Source: Fimbriimonadales bacterium
GTDB lineage: Bacteria > Armatimonadota > Fimbriimonadia > Fimbriimonadales > ATM1
Reading direction: 5' to 3'
Assembly (NCBI GenBank): GCA_051003155.1
Contig: JBPCLO010000011.1
Coordinates: forward strand, 68,012 to 132,011
DNA length: 64,000 nucleotides
Positions within the stretch are counted from its first letter, which is position 1. Every line of letters starts with the position of its first letter. This document shows, piece after piece, positions 19,477 through 29,451 of this stretch. Made by a program: the position numbers and the translations under genes. The notes beneath the pieces were generated by a model. That model was not told where the DNA came from and made no database searches. It saw nothing but the letters and a program-made list of their open reading frames with translations.

Positions 19477-20742
19477 TTACTCCAGCCGGAAGGTCGTGCT
19501 CCCGATTGTGACGAAGTCTCCGGGGCGGAGCGCCATTTCTTGGACGCGTACACCATTGACAAGAGTTCCGTTCGTGCTCCCGAGGTCTCGAACGAGCACG
19601 CCGCTCGGCGAAGGCGTAAAGGAAGCGTGCCGCCGACTGGCGGACTGGTCGAATGCCAGCGCGCCTTCCCTGCCCAGCACCAAGTCCGAGAGGAGTGGAA
19701 ATTTCTGGCCCGAGATCGGGCCGCTGGTCGCCACAAGCGAAAACGTTTGAGCAATCTGAACCTGTGGCAAGCTGATGGCAACTGGTGCGGGAGGTTGCCG
19801 GTCGCTGGCCACCGCAACATCCGGCGGACTCCGCAGAAGAAAGCGGAGGCTGAAAGAGCCGATATTGATCGTGTCTCCATGGTTCAACAAGGCTTCGGGA
19901 ACGCGGACGCCGTTGTGTCCGATCCCGAGGGCCGATCCGCCATCCACCAAACGGTAGTTGCCGCCTCCACGGACGATACATGCGTGCATCGGCATCACGT
20001 TGGGATCGCCGAAGAGTGGCACGTGGGCGTTTTCGCTTCGTCCGATAAAAGTCTGCGGCGCGTCGACGATCCACTCTTTGCCTTCGTTCCTGCCGAGTTC
20101 CAGCCGCACCCACGCCTTTCGTCCAAGAATCTCAACGATTCCTATAAACAATCCTATGGCTGCGCCCATCGCTGCGCTCGCGATTGCTCTTGAAACTAGG
20201 CCAACTTCGCCCGTTAGTTGTCCGCTAGCTCTGAGCAGCGCCGGGCCGACGATAGAGCCTACCAAGTCGAAAACAAGCCCGCCAACGGCTCCTCCGATCA
20301 TGCCCCCGATCGCGCCCTGAATGCCGCGACGCAAAGACCGCGAACCCAGGCCGTGCATGACCCCGACGAGGCCGCCGAACGGTACGAAGACTAGCATCCT
20401 GGCGGGTACGACGAGGGGGTTCGCTCCTCGCTGCAGGTCGAAGATAGCCGGACCAAAGATCGCCGTAGCGAGTGTGCCGCCGAGCTGTAGCCCCACGTAC
20501 CCACCGAACCCACCGAGCAAAGCGCCTAGAAGCAGCCCCCTTAGGAAATGCGTTCGGCTGCCCTGGATCCAGCCCGAGATGGCGCCGATGGCTCCTCCGA
20601 TGCAAGCTCCAACCATCAAGGAAAAAACCATCTGCCAGCCCGCGAACGATTCGTCCAGGCCCGGCGCAAAGGGCTCGGTCACGGCCCAGCCCGCAAGCCC
20701 GGCTGCACCCGCCGCGATCATCATGAAGAGGAGCTTCCCCAT
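19477..20742 (-). CDS. Multi-pass membrane protein with two FHA domains
   Basis: Gly-rich TM bundle, then IGR...H...G and LGR...SRRHA...DLGSTNGT.VNG FHA signatures. Confidence 0.85.
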   Translation of the reverse strand: MGKLLFMMIAAGAAGLAGWAVTEPFAPGLDESFAGWQMVFSLMVGACIGGAIGAISGWIQGSRTHFLRGLLLGALLGGFGGYVGLQLGGTLATAIFGPAIFDLQRGANPLVVPARMLVFVPFGGLVGVMHGLGSRSLRRGIQGAIGGMIGGAVGGLVFDLVGSIVGPALLRASGQLTGEVGLVSRAIASAAMGAAIGLFIGIVEILGRKAWVRLELGRNEGKEWIVDAPQTFIGRSENAHVPLFGDPNVMPMHACIVRGGGNYRLVDGGSALGIGHNGVRVPEALLNHGDTINIGSFSLRFLLRSPPDVAVASDRQPPAPVAISLPQVQIAQTFSLVATSGPISGQKFPLLSDLVLGREGALAFDQSASRRHASFTPSPSGVLVRDLGSTNGTLVNGVRVQEMALRPGDFVTIGSTTFRLE

Positions 20743-20744
20743 GC

Positions 20745-21923
20745 CTACCCTTCGAAGCGGAACTTGACCGCCCCAAATTGCACAGTATCGCCAGAATGAA
20801 GCTCAGTTTCGGCATCCACACGCTGGCCGTTCACGAACGTCCCGTTTGCGCTACCGGCGTCTCTAATGAAAACCGCATCTCCGCGCCTCTCGATTTCGGC
20901 GTGCTTCCGGCTCACGGTCGGGTCGGCAACCTGAAGCTCCGCCTCGCGCCCGAGGACCGAAAGTCCGTCGGCAATCTCAAACGTGACATTGCCGATAAGC
21001 CTCGGCGAAGGCGACAAGACGGTGGCCGGCGTGGAGCTGATTTTGCAAGCGCACGAGCCATCCTCCGCGAAGGCTTGTCCGCAGTATTGGCAGTGCCCGT
21101 CGGGGACTAGAGGCGCCGCTTCGAACGGCTCGGCCGCAGCCTCGTCGTGGGGGGTAGCCGTTCCAGGAATCTGAACACCCAACTTCTGCAAGCCGCCGGC
21201 TACGGTTTCCTCATTCGATCGTACCGCCCTGAGAATAAAGTACAGTGCGCCCGCGCCGATCCCAAGCGCAACGAGCCAAGCAATCCCGGTGACGAAGGGC
21301 GAGCGTTCCGCTTCCGGCTTCGGCGCTGCAGCGACGTCCTTATCGATCGAGTCGCGAATCGTAATGGCGAACGTCGGCACGAGCTCGTCGCGCGTGGCCG
21401 GCATTCGAAACACCTGAGCAGGCGACGCCTTGTCGGCTCCACCTGATACGTATTTTACGACGAACTGCACATCCCCGAACGGCACCGCGAAAAAGGTTGC
21501 CGCCCCGCTTTCGACGGGCTGCGTCCGGCTGTAGTCACCCTTGCTCCCTTGCACGGTGCCTTTCGGGATCGGCTCGCCCCGCGAGAAGACTTCGATACGA
21601 ACCTGGCCGATGCGCCACTCATCTTTTTCGACCACCCATACTCCGTTCTCGATAAGGGCGACCTTCTTTGTGGCGACCATACCGCTCTTGGGAATGTAGG
21701 CGACGATCACGCCGGACTCGTTCTCCTTGGAAATCGGTACGGCTATCTCCTCCGTGGTGAAAGCCCTTCCCCCGGTAGGCATGGCCTTTGGCATTTCCGC
21801 CAGCACCCATACCTCGCGTTCCATCTTTCCCTCGAATCGAACCTTGACATCGGCGCCAACAGCTGGGCCGAACGCTAAAGCAACCAATAGGAGGCTAAGG
21901 ATCTTCGAGGTCTTCGATTTCAT
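20745..21923 (-). CDS. Single-pass membrane protein: ectodomain, TM, Cys motif and FHA
   Basis: Signal peptide MKSKTSKILSLLLVALAFGPAVGA, TM FVTGIAWLVALGIGAGALYFIL, CQYC..CAC, then GR..SRKHA..SANGTFVNG. Confidence 0.8.
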   Translation of the reverse strand: MKSKTSKILSLLLVALAFGPAVGADVKVRFEGKMEREVWVLAEMPKAMPTGGRAFTTEEIAVPISKENESGVIVAYIPKSGMVATKKVALIENGVWVVEKDEWRIGQVRIEVFSRGEPIPKGTVQGSKGDYSRTQPVESGAATFFAVPFGDVQFVVKYVSGGADKASPAQVFRMPATRDELVPTFAITIRDSIDKDVAAAPKPEAERSPFVTGIAWLVALGIGAGALYFILRAVRSNEETVAGGLQKLGVQIPGTATPHDEAAAEPFEAAPLVPDGHCQYCGQAFAEDGSCACKISSTPATVLSPSPRLIGNVTFEIADGLSVLGREAELQVADPTVSRKHAEIERRGDAVFIRDAGSANGTFVNGQRVDAETELHSGDTVQFGAVKFRFEG

Positions 21924-23499
21924 CCTCGTCCTTCCACTCATCCGACTCGCCGAGCGTACGCCCGAGAAGCCCCGCTTCGATATTTGCCTTGGCACTAGGC
22001 AAAGTATCGGCGACCTCGGTCGCCAGATACCCGACTTCGTCGCCGATCCTTTCCACCAGCAGATCGGCAGCGGCGCCATGCCAAAATGCGCCCAGGGCCG
22101 CGGCGGCCTGCGCCGGTATGCCGCCTGCAAGAAGCGCGGAAACCACACCCGTCAGAACGTCCCCGGTTCCCGCAGAAGCTAGGCCGGGATTGCCGGTCGG
22201 GTTAATCGCGACATCGAAGTTCGGCGATACGATGACCGTGTAGGCCCCTTTGAGCAGAACGGTCTGGCCGAACATTTCGGCGATCCTGCGAGCAGCGCCT
22301 ACCCTGTCTCTGCGCACTGATACGACTTCCGTTTTGAGGAGCCGTGCGGCCTCGCCTTCGTGCGGGGTCATGATCGCCGGGCCGCGCGGTGCGACGTCGA
22401 GCTCCGATAGCCAGAACAGCGCGTCCGCATCCAAAACCCACTTCGATTCGATCTCGGTCCAAAGTTGGCGAAGCAACTCCCCAACAACCGGCGATCGGCC
22501 GAGGCCCGGTCCGATCGCGATGACGTCAGATTGGCTGGCGGCCTCCTTGATCATTCCGACCCCATCCGGGGAAACAAACCCTTCGGTCTGTCCAAGGCGA
22601 AGCACAGGGCATTCAGCAAGGTGCGAGCGTACGCCTTCGATCACAAAGTCGGTGCCTGCGGCCATTACAAGACCTGCGCCCGCGCGCATCGCCCCACGGG
22701 CCGCGAGGGCAGCTGCACCGGGATAGCGATTGCTGCCTGCGATGGACAGAACCACTCCGGTGTTGTGCTTATGCGAGTCGAGCGTGCGCACCGGAAATGT
22801 GCCCGATGCCCACCAGTGGTCGAGCAGAAACGCGTTCCCCGCTTCTACGGCGAGTTCATCCGGCAGGCCGATGTCCTCGACCTGCCACTCCCCGGCAGCA
22901 GACATGCCTTCATTCTGGAAGAGGAAGGGCTTGGGCAGGCCGAAAGATACCGTCAGGTTGGCGCTGACGTAGCTGCCTTCCGCCAATCCTGTATCGGCAT
23001 CGATGCCCGTGGGGACATCCGCCGCGACGATAAGAGCCATCGCGTTGTTTGTGGCTTCCACCAAGCGCAAGATCTCTCCTCTCGGAGCGCCTTTGGCGCC
23101 TGTGCCGAGGATCGCGTCCACGATGATGTCGAAGTCGTCGATCCGGCCGAGTGCGCGGTCATAGTTCTTTGTGCCCACTGTGAACAGGCGGACCTCACTC
23201 TCGACCAGCCGACGGTATTGAATCAGCGGGTCCCCGGCGAGCAATCCGGGTTCGGTCGCGAGGAGAGCCGTCACGTTATGGCCCTCCTGATCGAGAATCC
23301 TCGCGGCAGCCAGACCGTCACCGCCGTTGTTTCCGGGCCCGCAGAGGATCAGTATCTCCGTGTTTTCAAGCGATACGCGCGAGACCGCGTGCGCAAGCAT
23401 CACCCCCGCCCGCTCCATCATGAATAGGCTCTCGACCCCGAATTCGGAACTTGCCTCGCGTTCGATCTCGCGCATCTGATCGGCTGTGACGATTCTCAA
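21895..23499 (-). CDS. nnr: Bifunctional NAD(P)HX epimerase/dehydratase (YjeF)
   Basis: CGPGNNGGDG, DAILGTG, DVPTG, GPGLGR, DADAL, TPHEGEAARL and AGTGDVL. Confidence 0.93.
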   Translation of the reverse strand: MRIVTADQMREIEREASSEFGVESLFMMERAGVMLAHAVSRVSLENTEILILCGPGNNGGDGLAAARILDQEGHNVTALLATEPGLLAGDPLIQYRRLVESEVRLFTVGTKNYDRALGRIDDFDIIVDAILGTGAKGAPRGEILRLVEATNNAMALIVAADVPTGIDADTGLAEGSYVSANLTVSFGLPKPFLFQNEGMSAAGEWQVEDIGLPDELAVEAGNAFLLDHWWASGTFPVRTLDSHKHNTGVVLSIAGSNRYPGAAALAARGAMRAGAGLVMAAGTDFVIEGVRSHLAECPVLRLGQTEGFVSPDGVGMIKEAASQSDVIAIGPGLGRSPVVGELLRQLWTEIESKWVLDADALFWLSELDVAPRGPAIMTPHEGEAARLLKTEVVSVRRDRVGAARRIAEMFGQTVLLKGAYTVIVSPNFDVAINPTGNPGLASAGTGDVLTGVVSALLAGGIPAQAAAALGAFWHGAAADLLVERIGDEVGYLATEVADTLPSAKANIEAGLLGRTLGESDEWKDEDEIEDLEDP

Positions 23500-24038
23500 G
23501 CGGTCTTCTCCATCCGGATTCTGCCGCCACAGCCGACGTGCTTATAGAGCCGGTTTCGTTTTAGCGGGCGGGACCGCGGCAGCCGCACTCCGCAGGCCTC
23601 GCAACGAACTGCGTACGGTTTGGGCCTCAGTCGGCGAACGCAGTCGTAAGAGTGGGTCGCGCTCGCGGCAAGCCCCAATGCTCGCATCGCTGCGCGCCAT
23701 TCCGGCCCGTGAGGACGAGCTTTGTGGCCGTACCGCTCGAAGACCACAAGGTGCGCGTATTCATGGAGCAATGTTTCCCGGGCACGCTCAGGCGTCGTCA
23801 AGAGATTTGCGCTCAAGCAGATTGCAGATTCCCGCAAATACGCCCGTCCCGCCGTCACAGGATAGTTCCTCCACCGAACATCGACTTCGCGTTGCAACGG
23901 GCAGATCACCGCCGCTTCCGCAAGTGCGCTGTGGACGCACGCGTCCATGTCAACACCCTGTTCTTTATCGAACGGAAGGGCAAGCTGATAAACCTTCGCT
24001 CCAACTAATCCCTTAAAAAACATCGGGCCCGCTTGCAT
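23496..24038 (-). CDS. SprT-like zinc metalloprotease
   Basis: TAGRA, TLLHEYAH, HGPEW and a C-terminal Cys ribbon. The start is uncertain. Confidence 0.8.
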   Translation of the reverse strand: MQAGPMFFKGLVGAKVYQLALPFDKEQGVDMDACVHSALAEAAVICPLQREVDVRWRNYPVTAGRAYLRESAICLSANLLTTPERARETLLHEYAHLVVFERYGHKARPHGPEWRAAMRALGLAASATHSYDCVRRLRPKPYAVRCEACGVRLPRSRPLKRNRLYKHVGCGGRIRMEKTA

Positions 24039-24069
24039 TATGCACGCGGGCCCAAAGATCAGGCGATCC

Positions 24070-25548
24070 TTAGAAGCGCAGCGGTACGCTCGAAACCTTC
24101 TTGCGGTTGGGGCCGATCTCGGCGAACGTGATATTCACCATGTCGCCGTGCTTGTACTCGCTGATCGCTTTCTTCAACGATTCCGGAGAGGTGATGCGGT
24201 CATTGCCCAATTGCGTGATGATGGATCCGACCGTGACACCGGCTTTTGCAGCAGGCGAACCCGGCTCCACGGAGACGACCACAACTCCCTGGCCTCCCGA
24301 CACTCCAGGTTTCTCCTGCGCGTCGACGGCGCGGACATTGACGCCAAGGCGTACCGGCCCTGAGATCGGCTCTTCGTCAGCGCGGGGTATCTCGCGAGGC
24401 GGCATCGGAACGCCGGGGAAGTCGTCGCCCAGTCCTGGAGGCATCTGCTGCCTCCGTTGGGCTACCGGAACCTCAGGGCGCTTGCTCGGTGTGACTTGGA
24501 ACGTCTTCGTTGCTCCGCCCCGCACCGCGCGCACTTCAATCATCTTGCCCGGTGCGGTAAGGAGCATGGCCTCGCGGAGATCCTGCTCGCCGGAAATAGG
24601 CTTCTTGGCGATCTCGATCACGATGTCGCCCTCGTTCAAGCCAGCAACATCCGCGGGCGATTTCGGTTCGACGCGCCGAATGATCGCGCCCGATCTGATG
24701 CCGAGTTCCTCGACTTCGTAGCCCTTCAGGTCGGAAGGCTCGACGCCCAAGTATGAGCGGCTGATCACGCCATCTTTAAGAAGCTGATCGGCGATAATCT
24801 TTGCGGTATTCGAAGGGATTGCAAATCCGACGCCGCTGTTGTATCCGGTCATCGAGTTGATCGCGCTGTTGATGCCGATCACTTCGCCTTTGTAATTCAA
24901 TAGCGGCCCGCCCGAGTTGCCGGGATTGATCGCCGCATCGGTCTGGATCATGTTGAAGTACCCCCGGACTCCGCTCCGCAGTTCGTTGTCCGGGACGAGG
25001 TTCTGCCGACCCAAAGCGCTGACATGTCCGAACGAGACCGATTCCGCCAGGCCGAACGGAGCGCCGATCGCCACAGCGATTTGGCCAGGCTTGACTGTGG
25101 AGCTGTCCGCGAACCTCGCCGCAGGTAGGCCGGTCCGGTTAATTTTAATTAGCGCGATATCGTTGAGCGAGTCGTCCGCGTCGCGAATGACCGTACCCTT
25201 CTCCTCGCGGCCGCTGTGCAGGACCACGCTGACATCTTTCACGCCCGCAACGACGTGGGCGTTGGTCATGACGTAGCCGTCCGCGCGGAAGATAATTCCC
25301 GAGCCTTCACCCCGGCCGGTTCTTATGAGCACGACGGACGGCGCCACTTGCTCAACAAGTTTGGTGCCCGCAGCGTCAAGCGTCGCCAACGCGCTCAATT
25401 CCTGCCCGCCCAGCGCGCTGATTTCCGTGTCGGCGAGAGCGGAGCGCTGCGTGTTGAGAAAGGCCACTGTGCCCGCTGTCCCCACCGCTGCTCCCGCTAT
25501 CAGCGCCCAGCCGAACTGCGATCTGAGCAGTTTTCCAAATGCATTCAT
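24070..25548 (-). CDS. htrA: HtrA/DegP serine protease with two PDZ domains
   Basis: TNAHVV, DIAL and QTDAAINPGNSGGPL, followed by two PDZ-like domains. Confidence 0.92.
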   Translation of the reverse strand: MNAFGKLLRSQFGWALIAGAAVGTAGTVAFLNTQRSALADTEISALGGQELSALATLDAAGTKLVEQVAPSVVLIRTGRGEGSGIIFRADGYVMTNAHVVAGVKDVSVVLHSGREEKGTVIRDADDSLNDIALIKINRTGLPAARFADSSTVKPGQIAVAIGAPFGLAESVSFGHVSALGRQNLVPDNELRSGVRGYFNMIQTDAAINPGNSGGPLLNYKGEVIGINSAINSMTGYNSGVGFAIPSNTAKIIADQLLKDGVISRSYLGVEPSDLKGYEVEELGIRSGAIIRRVEPKSPADVAGLNEGDIVIEIAKKPISGEQDLREAMLLTAPGKMIEVRAVRGGATKTFQVTPSKRPEVPVAQRRQQMPPGLGDDFPGVPMPPREIPRADEEPISGPVRLGVNVRAVDAQEKPGVSGGQGVVVVSVEPGSPAAKAGVTVGSIITQLGNDRITSPESLKKAISEYKHGDMVNITFAEIGPNRKKVSSVPLRF

Positions 25549-25577
25549 TCTAAATGTTCACCTCGATCTGTTTTAGC

Positions 25578-26810
25578 TTAACCGCGCCTGTCCGTAAATC
25601 GTTTCACACCGCGTTCGATGTCTCTTAGCTTTACGTTGAATTCGGCGGCAAGGTTAGCCGTGGTCTTGCCGTCTAAGACCATTAACCCCGCTTTTCTGGC
25701 CACTGAAGCCTTGCCTCTCGACGCTGCCAGGCAAGTTGCAACTTGATCGAAGCTAAGCCCGTCGCTTCGCAACTCGCTGACCAAAGCCTTCTCGACCTCG
25801 AACACCGAGGCAGCGTTGGAGGTCCAAGCAGTCTCGCGCTCCCGATCGCTCTTCTGAAATGCCGAGACGACAGAACGCATCCCTTCATCAGGCAGATCGC
25901 CATCGATAGCGATCCAAACATCGGAAACTCTCACGTTGACGAGGTCCTCCTGACCTCTCCAAGGTGGCCTTCCGGATCGCGTCCGGACTTGGTAGACAGT
26001 CATGTTCGCCGCGCCGTCCGTATATCGCAGCGCCGCCATCGTCCGAGATGCGCCGGTTATGGCGTCCGCGCCGATGAAAAGAAATCCGTACGGCATCCCA
26101 AGAGGATTAATCGGAGTGAACCCAACCGCCTTCCCAAGAGCCAAAAGGTTTTCTTGCTTGGCAGGGGCGCGGACGCTGATCTCCTTGGGGCGTCCCACGA
26201 AGCGCTTCTCGAAGACATCCTTGGGCAACGATTTCGGAAACTGGATGCTCAGGGTGTTGCTGAGGACCTGCTTGGTGCCGCCGGGGCTGGTCCATTCGAC
26301 TCGCAGCAGGACCGACTTGCTTTCGTCGATCCAATACCGCCTAGAAAAAAGAGCCTTCGAAGCTTTCGGGGCCAGCTTGATGCACGCGGCCTTCCTGCCG
26401 GCGACGGTCTGCTTGGCTTCCTCATTGATCGTGTAGTTACGGATGAGGAGCCGATGACGCCGGTCCGAGTCGCTTCTCGCCGCCATTTTGAGAGGCGAGT
26501 CCTGAATCGTAAGTTCGCTCTTGTCGGGATTATAGGAGACCCGCTGCTGGCAGTCGTCGATAATTGTGAAGCCTTGCTTCTGAATCGGAGCAAGGACGAG
26601 GACCTTGTTGGCTCCGGAACTTGACTGATCGCGGCGCACACGCACCGTGTCGTTGCTGCCCCAAGGCGTCCACTCCCGGATACACGTGTAAGTGGTTTTG
26701 GCGTCCTTTTCGATCGCTTGGCGGACCATCCGTTCCGCTCTTGTATCGGGGAACGAATTCGATAGGATAGGCGCGGCAAATAATAGCGTGAGCGCAAGTA
26801 GTCGGTTCAT
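25578..26810 (-). CDS. MucB/RseB-like periplasmic sigma-E regulator
   Basis: Signal peptide MNRLLALTLLFAA, LolA-like VAGR...WID...LLR pattern and LRYTDG; lies between the anti-sigma gene and htrA. Confidence 0.7.
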   Translation of the reverse strand: MNRLLALTLLFAAPILSNSFPDTRAERMVRQAIEKDAKTTYTCIREWTPWGSNDTVRVRRDQSSSGANKVLVLAPIQKQGFTIIDDCQQRVSYNPDKSELTIQDSPLKMAARSDSDRRHRLLIRNYTINEEAKQTVAGRKAACIKLAPKASKALFSRRYWIDESKSVLLRVEWTSPGGTKQVLSNTLSIQFPKSLPKDVFEKRFVGRPKEISVRAPAKQENLLALGKAVGFTPINPLGMPYGFLFIGADAITGASRTMAALRYTDGAANMTVYQVRTRSGRPPWRGQEDLVNVRVSDVWIAIDGDLPDEGMRSVVSAFQKSDRERETAWTSNAASVFEVEKALVSELRSDGLSFDQVATCLAASRGKASVARKAGLMVLDGKTTANLAAEFNVKLRDIERGVKRFTDRRG

Positions 26811-26823
26811 CGAGGCCGCGACT

Positions 26824-27276
26824 CTAGTTGCCCTCAAGACCGGCGGGAAGAGTGTTTGCGGGGAACGCGCTCGCGGCGTTGTTCCAGTCCTGATCGAGGG
26901 CGATTTCCTGACCGGCAGTCAGGCTGTCTCGACCGGTATTCGAATCTGTGCGGAAATACAAAACACCGAAAGTGACGACCGCGGCCGCCGCCAAAGCGAC
27001 GGCCATTCGCCAGGTGGGCCAAATAGGTATCGCCTCTTCTTGAGGGGTCGTTGGCTGGACGTTTCTAATGGCGGCCAGGAGTCGAGCTTCGAACTGCGGG
27101 TCGGGCAAGTGATCGGGCATGGACGAAACCAATTTTTTAAGCCTAAGACAGCAATCGTACGCCTTGGAGCATCGCCCACACGCCTGCAGATGAGTCTTCA
27201 CTGAGAGCATTTCGCTTCCGGTGAGTTCGCCATCCACATAGGGCGACATTCGGTTCAAGACATAAGTGCAGTTCAT
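26824..27276 (-). CDS. Zinc-binding anti-sigma factor (zf-HC2)
   Basis: YVDGEL...HLQACGRC (HxxxCxxC) followed by a TM helix. Confidence 0.85.
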   Translation of the reverse strand: MNCTYVLNRMSPYVDGELTGSEMLSVKTHLQACGRCSKAYDCCLRLKKLVSSMPDHLPDPQFEARLLAAIRNVQPTTPQEEAIPIWPTWRMAVALAAAAVVTFGVLYFRTDSNTGRDSLTAGQEIALDQDWNNAASAFPANTLPAGLEGN

Positions 27277-27890
27277 AGTTCGTCGAGGTGCGCGTACTTG
27301 TCGGGCCGCGCATTGATAAGGTGTGATCGGAGCTGCTTTCGGCCCCGATGGATACGCGATCTCACCGTGCCGATCGACGTCTTCATTACTTCCGCAATTT
27401 CCTCGTAGGAGAACCCTTCGAGGTCCGCTAGCAGAACCGCGATGCGAAAGTCAGAAGTCATCTTGTTCAGCCCCTCCTGGACTTCGGCTTCCATCTGATC
27501 GGTCATGAGCAGCCGTTCGGGCGAAGCGGCATGGTCCGGAACATCCCACGTGGTGCCCGTCTCTGGATGCGGCTCATCGAGGCTGCTAACTCTGAGCTTT
27601 CCGCGACGGCGCATTTCGTCGATGTGCGCGTTCGTCATGATGCGGTAGAGCCAACTCGTGAACGGCAGGGTGGGATCGTAGCGGTGGAAGAACCGAAACG
27701 CCCGGATGTAGGACTCTTGCACGAGATCCTCAGCGTCGGAGCGGTTCCCGGTGAGCCTGAGGGCCAAATGGTATGCCTGACGCTGCGTAAGCGAAAGCAA
27801 GTTCCCGAATTGCTCACGCTCCGCGCTCATGCTCCCAGACAGTAGTTCGGCGCTCGTTGCTGACACGTTGCAGTTCTCCTTGTTATCCAC
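27273..27890 (-). CDS. ECF RNA polymerase sigma factor (sigma-E like)
   Basis: DAEDLVQE, FTSWLYRI.TN and SYEEIAE...IGTVRSRIHRGR. Confidence 0.92.
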   Translation of the reverse strand: MDNKENCNVSATSAELLSGSMSAEREQFGNLLSLTQRQAYHLALRLTGNRSDAEDLVQESYIRAFRFFHRYDPTLPFTSWLYRIMTNAHIDEMRRRGKLRVSSLDEPHPETGTTWDVPDHAASPERLLMTDQMEAEVQEGLNKMTSDFRIAVLLADLEGFSYEEIAEVMKTSIGTVRSRIHRGRKQLRSHLINARPDKYAHLDEL

Positions 27891-27945
27891 GCTTACAGAA
27901 ACCTAGCATATTATAGTTCCAAAAACGGCAAAACCCCGCAACGAT

Positions 27946-29100
27946 GTGAAGGACATAGGGCGATTACGGGCGAACTCAAATTGGTTACCGGTGAGCCCTC
28001 GAAAACCTCCAACCACGCTCGTTCCCTTGGACGCCCGCATCGTTCGAATCGTTCTGCGACGCCCGGGGATCGTGCGCGGCGAGCTGGCCGCCGCCCTCGC
28101 CATCAGCCCGGCGAGCGCCGCTGTAGCCACGAAAGACTTGGTACATCGGGGCGCGCTCATGCAGTCCGGGCAGGCTCCGAGTCAGGGCGGGCGGCCCGCG
28201 ACCCGCCTTCGGATCGCGCCCCGGTTTGCGGCGGCATACGCGCACTCGGTTATCTATGCCGGTCTGCGCTCGGGGCTGGTCGACGCCGGTGGAACGGTTC
28301 TGAAAGCGATCACTCAGGATATCCCGCGGGCGCAGGACGCCGGGTGCGTCGTTCAGCATGCGGAAGAGGACCTGGCGCCCTACGCGGACGGAGTCAACAT
28401 CACGGGCTCGACGCTGATCTTGCCCGGCTCGCCGCACCCGGAGCGCAAGACCGTTGGCAAGGCCCCTTGGCTGTTCGGAGCGCGCGAGATCGATGCGGAT
28501 CGGCCCGTGCTCACGAACGCGGAAGCGCTGCTGAGATCGGAGTGCGCCTTCGAACCGGACTTGTTGAACTCGCTCGGCCTTGTCCTGGACATGAACGACG
28601 GCGCGTCGGCGGTTATCTCGACGCCGCCGGGGTCGCGCGTCTTGCTCAACCTGATGGGGATGAGGGGCCCAGAGGAGGCCTACGTGCGCTCGGCGTTCGT
28701 CCGGCTCATTCGGGAGCATGCGAAGAGGCCCGACAGCTCGCTGGGGCTCCGGTTGGAGGAGGGGATGGACGAGGTGGAAGCCCTGGGCCTCTGCGAATCG
28801 GAGGGCGATATCGTGGCGTGCGCCCTGGTCGACGAGACCTCGGATGCCGTGAGCAAGTTTGTCGCGAGCCTGGCGCGCATGGTTCGGCCGGTGAATCTCG
28901 TGGTCGCGTCGTGGCTCTTCGCCGCCAAGGTCTGTCAGCCGGACGACATTCGCAGGCGCGTCCGACGCATGTGCCCGCACGGCGTCGTGAGCCGGCTCAG
29001 CTTCCGCTGCACCGAGGCCGACGAGCACTCGCACCTCGTAGGCGGCGCCCTCTGCGCCATCGACAGCTGGCTGGCCAAGCTCGAGCACGCGAAGGCGTAG
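27946..29100 (+). CDS. ROK-family-like transcriptional regulator (divergent)
   Basis: N-terminal wHTH (RGELAAAL.ISPAS...GGRPA) and ROK-like C-terminus (HLVGGAL). The start is uncertain. Confidence 0.6.
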   Translation: MKDIGRLRANSNWLPVSPRKPPTTLVPLDARIVRIVLRRPGIVRGELAAALAISPASAAVATKDLVHRGALMQSGQAPSQGGRPATRLRIAPRFAAAYAHSVIYAGLRSGLVDAGGTVLKAITQDIPRAQDAGCVVQHAEEDLAPYADGVNITGSTLILPGSPHPERKTVGKAPWLFGAREIDADRPVLTNAEALLRSECAFEPDLLNSLGLVLDMNDGASAVISTPPGSRVLLNLMGMRGPEEAYVRSAFVRLIREHAKRPDSSLGLRLEEGMDEVEALGLCESEGDIVACALVDETSDAVSKFVASLARMVRPVNLVVASWLFAAKVCQPDDIRRRVRRMCPHGVVSRLSFRCTEADEHSHLVGGALCAIDSWLAKLEHAKA

Positions 29101-29136
29101 CAGTCGCCGATCCGCGACAACCCTCTCTAAGAAGCT

Positions 29137-29451
29137 CTAGGGATCCTTCTTACTGCGCATGGCTTGATCGAGCATCGTCGCGACTTGCCGAAGGCGCTCG
29201 ATGCTTTGTCCCGCTAGCCCCATCCACTCTTGCTCCAGATTCAGCAACATGTGAGCGACATCTTCGACACTCTCGCCGTCGGAGTAAGCTCGATACACCT
29301 TTTGAACATACGTGTCGTATTGGCCGGCAGCTCCGCTCTCATCGTTGACACCAATGGGATCCCACTCCTCCCAAAGAATACGCCCAATCTCGTCCAGCCG
29401 CGGGTCTTTCCGCCGTTGCCAACCCTGCCACGAGAAGCACTTCAATCCCAT
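29137..29451 (-). CDS. Small hypothetical protein (DUF1871-like WDPIG...YD.Y)
   Basis: ILWEEWDPIGVND....QYDTY motif. Confidence 0.55.
   Translation of the reverse strand: MGLKCFSWQGWQRRKDPRLDEIGRILWEEWDPIGVNDESGAAGQYDTYVQKVYRAYSDGESVEDVAHMLLNLEQEWMGLAGQSIERLRQVATMLDQAMRSKKDP

Noticed and set aside
19475..20113. N-terminal extension making the vWA protein 657 aa
   Set aside because: Off-frame overlap with the FHA gene; ATG 19474 follows the FHA stop by 2 nt
27882..27891. TTATCCACG DnaA-box-like 9-mer
   Set aside because: Isolated, and coincides with the sigma factor's first codons
27981..29348. 455-aa (+) and 367-aa (-) ORFs over the ROK-like gene
   Set aside because: Arg/Gly-rich off-frame ORFs typical of high GC; no domains
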